Notes: generated by a model from the letters alone, not told the origin. Shown: positions 9,080 to 16,364, counted from the stretch's first letter. The stretch: DNA of 26,289 nt from a virus (IMGVR_UViG_3300040985_001407:1-26289), one strand, 5' to 3'. Made by a program: numbers and translations.

Positions 9080-10402
9080 ATGTCAACAATTGGATCGATA
9101 GATGCCGACAAGGTAGACACAACAACTACCAACATTGGTTTGAAATACTACAAAGCGGGGTCTAGCCAGTGGCTGGAGTTCCTTAAGTTCAGTCTTGATA
9201 CGCTGGATACCACCCTTGCACAGTTCAGAACTGATGGCACGTTAAAAGATCCAGTGGCTGACAGTCTTACCCTGGGTGGCGTTAAGCGCACCACGTTCCC
9301 AAATCCTGTTGATACTGGAACAGCTACGGCAGGAACGTCCACCACGCTGACAGATTCCGGCGGCGTTTGGGACACTGATATTTTCACTGGCGGGATGCTC
9401 TCTATAACTGCTGGTACTGGTATCGGTCAGGCCAAAGACATCGCCAGCAACACAGGAACGGTTATCACGGTGTCCTCTTCTTTCACCACCACACCTGATA
9501 CCACCAGCGTGTACGCGATTCACATGGACGCTGGTGCGGGGAAGTTTGCCAACGGTACGGCGGCACTGCCAAGCATGACATTTATCTCCGACACCAATAC
9601 TGGGTTTTACAGGATTGGCACGGATATACTCGGCGTTGCTACGGCTGGTACAGAAAGGATGCGTGTAGATGCCTCTGGTTTCGTGGGTATCGGGGATACT
9701 AGTCCTGACAGAACCTTACACGTCAATAGTGGTGCAGATAACGCAAACACGATATTTGAATCGACTGATGCATCAGTGACTGTCAGGTTTAAGGACACCA
9801 CTGGCGAAGCTGAATTAGAATGTCGTAACGATTGGAGATTCTCTAACAACGCAGGTACTAATGAACGCCTACGCATAGACTCATCCGGCAACGTGGGTAT
9901 CGGAACTTCATCACCGACCGAAAGACTGCACGTTATTGGGGGCAACATCAAAACTGATGGCGGCTGTCTGTTCAACGGTGACACAGCGGAGGCAAATACT
10001 CTTGATGATTACGAGGAGGGCGCATGGACTCCTGTGTTATCAGACGGAACCAACAACGCAACAATGGGTACGCAAGTCGGGCGGTACACAAAGATTGGTA
10101 ACTTGGTCAGCTTTAGATGCTATGTAGCAACGACTAACCTAGGGTCTGTGTCGGGTGGTATAAGAATAACTGGCTTACCCTTCACTTCGTCAGCTACAAC
10201 AAACAGCAACAGCACTGTTTCCTCTGGCTACGCCGGAGGTCTAGCGATAACTGCGGGAAACAATGTTGGCGGCTTTATATACCCCAACACGACTTATATC
10301 GATATACGAAATTGGGATTCTACCTCCGGAGTCACTTCTATGCAGGAGTCAGAGTGGACAGCGGACGGGGACGTAATGTTTACAGGACACTATGAGGTTT
10401 AA
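9080..10402 (+). CDS. Tail fibre / receptor-binding protein
   Basis: Thr/Gly-rich; NGTAALPSMTFISDTNTG, two ER(M/L)R(V/I)D.SG.VGIG repeats and C-terminal ANTLDDYEEGAWTP..GRYTKIGNLV module. Confidence 0.85.
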   Translation: MSTIGSIDADKVDTTTTNIGLKYYKAGSSQWLEFLKFSLDTLDTTLAQFRTDGTLKDPVADSLTLGGVKRTTFPNPVDTGTATAGTSTTLTDSGGVWDTDIFTGGMLSITAGTGIGQAKDIASNTGTVITVSSSFTTTPDTTSVYAIHMDAGAGKFANGTAALPSMTFISDTNTGFYRIGTDILGVATAGTERMRVDASGFVGIGDTSPDRTLHVNSGADNANTIFESTDASVTVRFKDTTGEAELECRNDWRFSNNAGTNERLRIDSSGNVGIGTSSPTERLHVIGGNIKTDGGCLFNGDTAEANTLDDYEEGAWTPVLSDGTNNATMGTQVGRYTKIGNLVSFRCYVATTNLGSVSGGIRITGLPFTSSATTNSNSTVSSGYAGGLAITAGNNVGGFIYPNTTYIDIRNWDSTSGVTSMQESEWTADGDVMFTGHYEV

Positions 10403-10404
10403 TT

Positions 10405-10659
10405 ATGATCACAAAAACAAAAGTTATAGATAAGATTGAGGTTTTACAGGATGGCACTTTACAAATTCGTGAAGACACCATTATTGAGGAGGATGGCGTT
10501 GTGTTGGCCTCTGGCAATTTCCACAGGCGCACAATCAGCCCTGATGAAACGCCAGCACCTGATGAAGATGCCCGCGTTGTTAAGGTTGCTAAAGCGATGT
10601 GGACAGCCAAAGTTAAGGCCGACTACATAGCCGCAAAAGTGCAGAACTCAATAGAGTAA
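10405..10659 (+). CDS. Small tail-fibre-associated protein
   Basis: IDKIEV..LQIR..IIEEDG..FHR motif of a small protein that commonly follows DDYEEG-type fibres. Confidence 0.65.
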   Translation: MITKTKVIDKIEVLQDGTLQIREDTIIEEDGVVLASGNFHRRTISPDETPAPDEDARVVKVAKAMWTAKVKADYIAAKVQNSIE

Positions 10660-10953
10660 GTCCTCAAAGTTTAACCACCTTTTAGGCTTGTGCTTCGCTG
10701 AAGTATCGAGGGAGTGAAGATACGCGGGATCTAAATAGAATCCGGTATCTTCTACTATCAGTACTCCATCGGTCATTAAGTCAAAACACAGTGACACATA
10801 ATCACCCGTGTCAAACCCTTCTATTGTGTCGGATTCGTGTAGATACTGAATATCGAACCACGTGGACACACTGTCGCTTAAAATCTCAGCTATCCGTGAA
10901 GCCTTGCAACCTAACAAAGCCGACTTTATTACTTTAAATTCATTCTTTTCCAT
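10648..10953 (-). CDS. Hypothetical protein
   Basis: 101-aa ORF with GGAG upstream; last gene of the leftward block, convergent with the tail genes. Confidence 0.6.
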   Translation of the reverse strand: MEKNEFKVIKSALLGCKASRIAEILSDSVSTWFDIQYLHESDTIEGFDTGDYVSLCFDLMTDGVLIVEDTGFYLDPAYLHSLDTSAKHKPKRWLNFEDLLY

Positions 10954-10956
10954 AAT

Positions 10957-11180
10957 CTAGTACTCCATGCAGTAGGCTACCATATCCGTGTATTCCCCCC
11001 ATAGGCCAGTGCAGTTTTTAGACATGGCCGCAATAGTTTCCGCGTCTGGTGTGGTTACGCCTTCGCTCCTTAACTGGGAAAGGTTCGACTTGTAGGAAGA
11101 ACAACCCTCCAGAAATATCAGTAATAGGAACAGCAGGGCTAAACTATGTTAAATCCGGAAAGAAAACTTGATTTTTTCAT
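10957..11180 (-). pseudogene. Small lipoprotein gene interrupted by a 1-nt frameshift
   Basis: ATG at 11180 gives MKKSSFLSGFNIV-stop. Adding one T at 11141-11143 gives 74 aa MKKSSFLSGFNIVLALLFLLLIFLEG-C-SSYKSNL...YCMEY with a lipobox. The span is 224 nt (3n+2). Confidence 0.6.
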
Positions 11181-11194
11181 TTCATCTATATATC

Positions 11195-11301
11195 TTTAAC
11201 CCTGTTTGACCCTGTTTAACCCTGTTTGACCCTGTTTGACCCTGTTTGACCCTGTTTGACCCTGTTTGACCCTGTTTAACCCTGTTTGACCCTGTTTGAC
11301 C
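11195..11301. repeat. 10-bp tandem repeat (CCTGTTTRAC) x10 plus partial units
   Basis: Ten full units at 11201-11300; units 2 and 8 carry A instead of G. Confidence 0.97.
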
Positions 11302-11305
11302 TAAT

Positions 11306-11343
11306 GTAGCCGGATTGCGCCACTGTTGGATGCTATCCGGTTA
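11306..11343 (+). repeat. GTAG-type REP-like imperfect palindrome
   Basis: GTAGCCGGATTGCGCCA-CTGT-TGGATGCTATCCGGTTA: GTAG tetranucleotide followed by a CCGGAT/ATCCGG stem as in gammaproteobacterial REPs. Confidence 0.55.
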
Positions 11344-11360
11344 AACAACTTGACGAGCTT

Positions 11361-11645
11361 TCATTCTCTCACCCCCAAATATTTACCAGCGATCACCCAA
11401 GCTGGCATTATGCCCTCGTTACGCATGGTTTCACCGTCACCAAAAACGGCATCAGATTTTGTGACAATGTAGAATTTGTTCCTTACTGATACAGGGCTTT
11501 CAGTAAGTCCTATCACCCTACCCGAATTTAAAACCACCGCTGTTCTGAATCCCGCGCCAGATCTTAGATCAACAAAGTTAACAATGGTTGAAAGTCTGAT
11601 GGATATTAACCGCTGTCCTGCGGCAACAAGTCCTATGTACATCAT
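11361..11645 (-). CDS. Hypothetical protein (weak FlbD-like pattern)
   Basis: 94 aa overlapping the upstream gene end by 4 nt; TAVVLNSGRVIGLTES resembles the FlbD-like small beta fold (weak). Confidence 0.55.
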   Translation of the reverse strand: MMYIGLVAAGQRLISIRLSTIVNFVDLRSGAGFRTAVVLNSGRVIGLTESPVSVRNKFYIVTKSDAVFGDGETMRNEGIMPAWVIAGKYLGVRE

Positions 11646-12544
11646 TTATCTCCCGTTAGTTCAACAGTTGGAACCCCGTAATGGCAGTTTGATTCAAATA
11701 GACCATCCGGCACTTCTGTGACGTGATCCTCTGCCGCTGGTGATGTATCGGGGGTACGGGGAGCGTCCTCTGTGTTAGTCCTCAACAGAAGACGGAAGCC
11801 GAGGGTGCTGAAGCGATTACCCGGCGAATTGTAGTTGCGATAGGCAGAACGCAAGTTCTGCGCATCGCTACCCCAACTGCCGCCGCGAACAACACGGTAC
11901 GAGCCACTACCACCCCCCGTGGGGTCTGTCGTTGTTCCCGGATACGTCTCATCATACCAATCATTCACCCATTCCCACACATTACCGTGCATGTCGTACA
12001 ACCCAAAGGCATTGGCAGGAAATCTTCCCACTGCTGTCGTTTTTCTACGATTTTCCCCTTTTGGATTATCGCCGTAAGGGTAGTTACCGTTATAATTCGC
12101 CTGATCCGTTGTCACATTATCACCAAAAGAGAACGGTGTGGTTGTTCCGGCGCGACAAGCATATTCCCGCTGCGCTTCTGTTGGTAAGGCATAATCCTTC
12201 CCAGTTTCTTTACTTAACCATGCGGCATAGGCCACGGCATCGTTATGACTGACATCAACCACAGGATGGTTGTCTCCGCCCTGATCCTTATGACTTCCCT
12301 CCCAGCCATAACCGCCTTCATCCGCAAACCGCCTAAACTCTCCCACGGTCACAGGATACTTTCCCAAGGCAAACGGCTCAGTTAAAATGACCTTGTGTTT
12401 AGTTTCGCGGTCTCTCCGCCCCACCTCGTCTTCAGGACTGCCCATCATAAATTCCCCCGAGGGAATCCATACCATTTCTGGGCCTTTTCCGCCGCATTTT
12501 AGGGTGTCTCTAAATTCCCCTGCTTTTTTTAAATTTGTGCTCAT
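11642..12544 (-). CDS. Formylglycine-generating-enzyme (FGE-sulfatase/SUMF1, C-type lectin fold) domain protein
   Basis: PEMVWIPSGEFMMGSP, HPVVDVS, LPTEAQREYACRAGT, NAFGLYDMHGNVWEW, RVVRGGSW...GFR. Confidence 0.93.
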   Translation of the reverse strand: MSTNLKKAGEFRDTLKCGGKGPEMVWIPSGEFMMGSPEDEVGRRDRETKHKVILTEPFALGKYPVTVGEFRRFADEGGYGWEGSHKDQGGDNHPVVDVSHNDAVAYAAWLSKETGKDYALPTEAQREYACRAGTTTPFSFGDNVTTDQANYNGNYPYGDNPKGENRRKTTAVGRFPANAFGLYDMHGNVWEWVNDWYDETYPGTTTDPTGGGSGSYRVVRGGSWGSDAQNLRSAYRNYNSPGNRFSTLGFRLLLRTNTEDAPRTPDTSPAAEDHVTEVPDGLFESNCHYGVPTVELTGDK

Positions 12545-12548
12545 TTTA

Positions 12549-12872
12549 TTAAATCCGATCCTTGATTAATTTAAAACAGATAGCCAGACTCAGTAACAGG
12601 ACTTGCAAGGCTATCATTGAAAGGTACACAGACTGAGGGTTCCCAGCCGCAACGAACCGCTCACCCATGCCGACAAAGAACGCTACAAAGTCTGGGTTAA
12701 GCGACAGCGTGTTGATGATGTTCACGCCGAACGCTGTACCCGCTATGGTTGGCTCATCTCTGAAGCTGACAAACGCCAAGCCGCTGATGAGTACCGCCAG
12801 AAACGCTCCCCCTGCTGGCATGACCATGGCCGCGCAGGAAAAGATGAGGGCTACAATTGCAATGGCTTTCAT
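12549..12872 (-). CDS. Multi-pass membrane protein
   Basis: 107 aa with 3-4 hydrophobic segments; GAGG upstream; coupled to the upstream ORF. Confidence 0.7.
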   Translation of the reverse strand: MKAIAIVALIFSCAAMVMPAGGAFLAVLISGLAFVSFRDEPTIAGTAFGVNIINTLSLNPDFVAFFVGMGERFVAAGNPQSVYLSMIALQVLLLSLAICFKLIKDRI

Positions 12873-13060
12873 TATTTCATGCCTCTTATATAGGCTTTGA
12901 TGTTCTTTACATCAGATCCCGTGAGTTCATCCATAGCCACGCATGTCCAGGCTCCCTTATCAACTTCGTCCCACTCTAGGCCAACGCCTACGTTGTTATC
13001 GAACCAATGCCAGAAGTTATTTTTTCCTGCCGCTGTGAATTCTTTTATGATCTCATACAT
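12872..13060 (-). CDS. Hypothetical protein
   Basis: 62 aa; AAGGA SD; first gene after the promoter at 13110-13137. Confidence 0.65.
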   Translation of the reverse strand: MYEIIKEFTAAGKNNFWHWFDNNVGVGLEWDEVDKGAWTCVAMDELTGSDVKNIKAYIRGMK

Positions 13061-13109
13061 TTTTATATTCCTTGTGTTGGTCAGGCTTAATTGCTTGACT
13101 ATGTAAAGA

Positions 13110-13146
13110 AGTATATATCCAATTAAAAGTATGTCAACTTTTAATT
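13110..13146 (-). promoter_or_regulatory. Leftward sigma70-like promoter with an overlapping inverted-repeat operator
   Basis: TTGACA-N16-TATACT on - strand; perfect AATTAAAAGT-N6-ACTTTTAATT (13121-13146) centred on the -35 box. Confidence 0.75.
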
Positions 13147-13151
13147 ACGAA

Positions 13152-13167
13152 GGTTCCACGTGGAACA
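13152..13167. other. parS: Chromosome-type parS centromere site
   Basis: GGTTCCACGTGGAACA is 15/16 identical to the palindrome TGTTCCACGTGGAACA; intergenic. Confidence 0.75.
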
Positions 13168-13234
13168 CCCCTCCCCCGCCGCGTTTAATGACGTTTTTAT
13201 GACAAAAGAGGGTAGGGTAGGGGGCTAGAGGGAC

Positions 13235-13534
13235 TTAACTCGCCAGTATGAGGGTACGGCTAACATTGTTAGAAACATCGTTGTAACTATTGGTGTAGTC
13301 ATAATGTCTTATTAACTCCATACTAGCTGTTAGACTGTACGCAACTCTCAGTACATCCTCGCGGCGGATCTTAGCACCAATACGGGATTTATCTTGCAAG
13401 AATGCCTTTAGCTTGTTGTACCCTCCGTTAATAAATAACACGTAAATATTAACGTGGTCTTCACTGATTACTGTCTCTGCGGGACTGATGAATTTTAGCC
13501 AACTCCACACTTTGTAATACTCGTTTGTCTTCAT
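13235..13534 (-). CDS. Hypothetical protein
   Basis: 99-aa ORF starting 1 nt after the upstream stop. Confidence 0.6.
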   Translation of the reverse strand: MKTNEYYKVWSWLKFISPAETVISEDHVNIYVLFINGGYNKLKAFLQDKSRIGAKIRREDVLRVAYSLTASMELIRHYDYTNSYNDVSNNVSRTLILAS

Positions 13535-13535
13535 T

Positions 13536-13931
13536 TTAGTGGCTCACTATCAGGTAAGGCTTGGTATCCATGCCAAGATAAAAATCTGGCTCAAGCGTTG
13601 ATAAAACCTCGGCCAGAACCATCTCAAAATCTTCACCGATATGTTTCCGTCTTAACTCGCTGACAACTCTGCTAAGGTGTTCGTTTGCCAATGCCTCATC
13701 CCTTTCAAAGTCTTCACACCTAGAGGCGTGTTTACTCTCGGCGTAGGCGTTGGCGGCCAACAGGTAATTAGGATCTAGGTTACCGAACCCGTTGGAGGCA
13801 TCCGACATAAAAGCAGAGGTGTCCTGTGCATCAGATACTGTACTGTGCAACAGTGCGACCATCTCATAAAGAACCTTGGACGATACCGCTCCGCTGTGTC
13901 TTATACTGGTGATAATATCATGTGTTTTCAT
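13536..13931 (-). CDS. Hypothetical protein
   Basis: AGGAG SD before ATG at 13931 (MKTHDII), preferred to the GTG at 13985. Confidence 0.65.
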   Translation of the reverse strand: MKTHDIITSIRHSGAVSSKVLYEMVALLHSTVSDAQDTSAFMSDASNGFGNLDPNYLLAANAYAESKHASRCEDFERDEALANEHLSRVVSELRRKHIGEDFEMVLAEVLSTLEPDFYLGMDTKPYLIVSH

Positions 13932-13990
13932 GTCGTATACTCCTAGTGATTGATTGGGACAAGGACAGTAAGTTAATCGAGTCACACGAT

Positions 13991-14030
13991 GTCATGGCCG
14001 ATTGCATTTTTTGCTAATCGGCGCATGGAC
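13991..14030. other. Intergenic stem-loop downstream of the LRR gene
   Basis: GTCATG-GCCGATT-GCA / TGC-T-AATCGGC-G-CATG-GAC pairing; no U-tract. Confidence 0.55.
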
Positions 14031-14034
14031 TAAT

Positions 14035-14412
14035 TTACGGCATAATTATCTTGCAGTTTTGGAGGTTTTTCTTTAGCTCGTCTATGTCCTCCAATAAAAT
14101 ACACCCTGTCAAATCCAACCGCCTCAATCCGGTCATTCCGTATAGTTGATTCACAAACTTTAGTCTCTCGCAAAACGAGAGATCAATGTCAACCAATTTG
14201 TGCTGAGACTGGATCCCAGCCAATGATTCAAGCAGGATGCACCCGCTTAAATCCAGTTTAAATAAGTTTTTGAGTTCAGAAACCCCCGAAATAGACCGTA
14301 TCCCCGTATCTGACGCGTCCAGATGCGTGAGGCTGGACGCAATGCCAGCCAGTGTAAAGCTAGGGAAGCATTCCGCTTCCTCTTCCATTTTGATGCCAGT
14401 TGTTTTATACAT
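14035..14412 (-). CDS. Leucine-rich-repeat protein
   Basis: About four LRR units: LTHLDASDT, LFKLDLSGCILL, LVDIDLSFCERL, LRRLDLTGCILL, capped by LKKNLQNCKI; AAGGA SD. Confidence 0.85.
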   Translation of the reverse strand: MYKTTGIKMEEEAECFPSFTLAGIASSLTHLDASDTGIRSISGVSELKNLFKLDLSGCILLESLAGIQSQHKLVDIDLSFCERLKFVNQLYGMTGLRRLDLTGCILLEDIDELKKNLQNCKIIMP

Positions 14413-14422
14413 TTTGTTAATC

Positions 14423-14475
14423 CTTTTAATGTGAGTTGATAATTACAAGTATACCTCACATTAAAAGAGTGTCTA
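14423..14475 (-). promoter_or_regulatory. Second leftward promoter with a 13-bp inverted repeat
   Basis: TAGACA-N16-TATACT (14475-14448); CTTTTAATGTGAG(14423)/CTCACATTAAAAG(14455) flank the -10 box and start site; shares context with the 13110 promoter. Confidence 0.7.
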
Positions 14476-14487
14476 CTTTTATTTTAA

Positions 14488-14688
14488 TTAATTTCTCAGA
14501 AAATCCATTAGTTTCCAGTAGCCATCATTCCTGTACCCCAAGCGTTTTAAGCACGTCACAAATGTGTCTAGCCCTATGTCCTTAAGCTCCTCAACAGTAG
14601 CACACAATCGACATCGGCGCATTTCAATACTGGCCTCTGCATAACAGATACGTACCCCTAACTGTGTGGTCATCTGCAACGTAGTCAT
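14488..14688 (-). CDS. Hypothetical protein (start uncertain)
   Basis: 66-aa ORF filling the gap in the leftward operon; 5' end lies inside a long inverted repeat. Confidence 0.4.
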   Translation of the reverse strand: MTTLQMTTQLGVRICYAEASIEMRRCRLCATVEELKDIGLDTFVTCLKRLGYRNDGYWKLMDFLRN

Positions 14689-14713
14689 ATCTGTTATGCA
14701 GAGGCACCAGTAT
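14627..14713. repeat. Long inverted repeat (18 bp perfect + 6 bp extension, 37-nt spacer)
   Basis: GCCTCTGCATAACAGATA (14633-14650) / TATCTGTTATGCAGAGGC (14688-14705), extended by ATACTG/CAGTAT across a 2-nt bulge. Confidence 0.9.
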
Positions 14714-14721
14714 CAACATTT

Positions 14722-15120
14722 TCATGACTCGCGCTTTTTCATTAGTTCCTCTCGCTTCTTTCTGCGGTACTCTGTTGCGTAGACGTTGATACGCTCCTTG
14801 TTAGCCTCTCGGTACTTCTTGCTGTACTCTTTTGCTCTGGCTCTTTTCTCGTCTGTTGTAGCTTTAGCCCGCGCCTTTTCTCGTATGTCCTCCCTGTGTT
14901 CCGCGTAGTACGTCTTGGCCTTTTCAAGTTTGCCATCTCGGTTCTTGACATAGTATTCATGCACGTCCTTACGAATTTTGTCCTTATTACAAACATAGTA
15001 TTTTTTGTGGTACTTTAACACCTCATCTTTATGTTCTGCATAGTATTTTTTCTGCCGCTCAAGTATCCGCTCTTTGTTCTTCTCGTAGTATGCCCGCCGC
15101 TTTTTCTGTTCATCGTTCAT
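14722..15120 (-). CDS. Basic helical repeat protein (YYxxNKEKI-type repeats)
   Basis: About 15-aa periodic units: YYEKNKERI, YYAEHKDEV, YYVCNKDKI, YYVKNRDGK, YYAEHREDI, YREANKERI; GGAG SD; no nuclease motif. Confidence 0.75.
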   Translation of the reverse strand: MNDEQKKRRAYYEKNKERILERQKKYYAEHKDEVLKYHKKYYVCNKDKIRKDVHEYYVKNRDGKLEKAKTYYAEHREDIREKARAKATTDEKRARAKEYSKKYREANKERINVYATEYRRKKREELMKKRES

Positions 15121-15124
15121 ATTG

Positions 15125-16363
15125 CTAGTCTCCCTTCAAGTGGTCTAATAACGCTTGTTGTATTGAGTCCTTGCCCGATAAAACCTTACAGATTGTGTGG
15201 TCAATTTCTGATAGTACCCGGTAAATTATTACATCCTTAGTTTGGCCGCGTCTGTGAAGCCTGGCGTTAGTCTGAGCGTAGTGTTCTAAATTGTAGGTCA
15301 CCGACAGCCAAATCATTATCCTCCCGCCATGCTGGAGGTTGAGGCCATGTCCTGCTGACGAGTGCATTAACAGAATGGGGGTGTTGCCCGCGTTCCAATC
15401 GTCAACCGCGTTGGGTTCTTTGACGTTAACGGCATCAGGGAAGTTGTGTTGCAGGTCTGCCAGTTGATGCTTGTACTGGTAGACCACTACCACATTTTCT
15501 CCAGCGTGTTCAACGATTGATTTTAGCGCGTCAATTTTATGGCTCCCCAGCTTTCGGACTTCCCCGTTTTCGGTGTACACGTTACCCGTTGCAATCTGTT
15601 GCAACTTGTTAACCAAGGTTGCGGCAGTCATGGCGTTTAGGTCTTCATCATAAACCATGGTCTTTTTCATTTTGTCATAAACTGTTTTCACAGATTCGGG
15701 AAGTTCAACAGGGACATCTACCACGGCCAAGCCTGATGGTGCTGGTGGCTCTATACATATAGATAAGTCTTTGATAAGATCCTGTATCTCTTCCTGTGCG
15801 CCGTCTTTTAAAACGTACCGCCAGCCCATGCCAGAGGTATCATAGAAAAATCTGTTCCTGTATGCGGTTATCGTCTTGCCTAATCTCCGCCCGCTATCCA
15901 GTAAATAAATCTGGCTCCACAGATCCAGTAGAGAGTTTGGGGCTGGTGTGCCTGTCAACAAAATGGTTCGCTCTACGTTCGCCATCTTTTTTGCGGCTTT
16001 GAACATCTGTGACTTGATTGACTTCAGCTTGGTGGATTCATCATAAACAATCAGATCGAAACGCTCTTGCCTGTTCTCAACAAACCATTTTAAAAGCTCG
16101 TAGTTGATTATCTTGATGTGCGCCCGCTCTGTTAGTGCCTCCGTCCTCTTGGCTGGTGTAAGCCCTGCCATCTGACATACTGCCAACTCTGGAACCCACT
16201 TTGTAACCTCTGACGGCCACGTAGTAAGAGCTACCGTCTTAGGCGCAACGATTAAAGTCTTAGCCCTTAACCGTTTTACCGTCAGAAGGGTTGCCCTAGA
16301 CTTACCCGCGCCCATCTTAGACACGTTGAAGACCTTTTTATTGTTAAACATAAAGTCTATCAT
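15125..16363 (-). CDS. SNF2-related SF2 helicase
   Basis: MGAGKS (I), VAPKTV (Ia), YDEST (II), LTGTP (III), AGHGLNLQ (V), QTNARLHRRGQ (VI); likely start ATG 16363 with AGGA, right after the polymerase stop. Confidence 0.92.
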   Translation of the reverse strand: MIDFMFNNKKVFNVSKMGAGKSRATLLTVKRLRAKTLIVAPKTVALTTWPSEVTKWVPELAVCQMAGLTPAKRTEALTERAHIKIINYELLKWFVENRQERFDLIVYDESTKLKSIKSQMFKAAKKMANVERTILLTGTPAPNSLLDLWSQIYLLDSGRRLGKTITAYRNRFFYDTSGMGWRYVLKDGAQEEIQDLIKDLSICIEPPAPSGLAVVDVPVELPESVKTVYDKMKKTMVYDEDLNAMTAATLVNKLQQIATGNVYTENGEVRKLGSHKIDALKSIVEHAGENVVVVYQYKHQLADLQHNFPDAVNVKEPNAVDDWNAGNTPILLMHSSAGHGLNLQHGGRIMIWLSVTYNLEHYAQTNARLHRRGQTKDVIIYRVLSEIDHTICKVLSGKDSIQQALLDHLKGD

Positions 16364-16364
16364 T

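Noticed and set aside
10855-10870. Second parS (AACCACGTGGAC)
   Set aside because: Only the central CCACGTGG matches, the flanks do not, and it is inside a CDS.
11127-11154. dif site (CTATGTTAAAT resembles the XerD arm)
   Set aside because: No XerC arm at the required spacing, and it lies within the lipoprotein reading frame.
11195-11301. CRISPR array
   Set aside because: Units are 10 bp and contiguous with no spacers; no cas operon. The Cas4-like gene is the usual phage DUF2800 nuclease.
11298-11347. Integron attC site on the - strand (GTTTAAC...ATTAGGT)
   Set aside because: The GTT core triplet is missing and no integron integrase is present; a REP-like hairpin explains it better.
11782-11964. 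60-aa alternate-frame ORF in the FGE gene
   Set aside because: Expected off-frame reading of the VR-like segment, not an independent gene.
11642-12544. Complete diversity-generating retroelement
   Set aside because: No reverse transcriptase, Avd or template repeat found by eye in the window; only a target-like gene.
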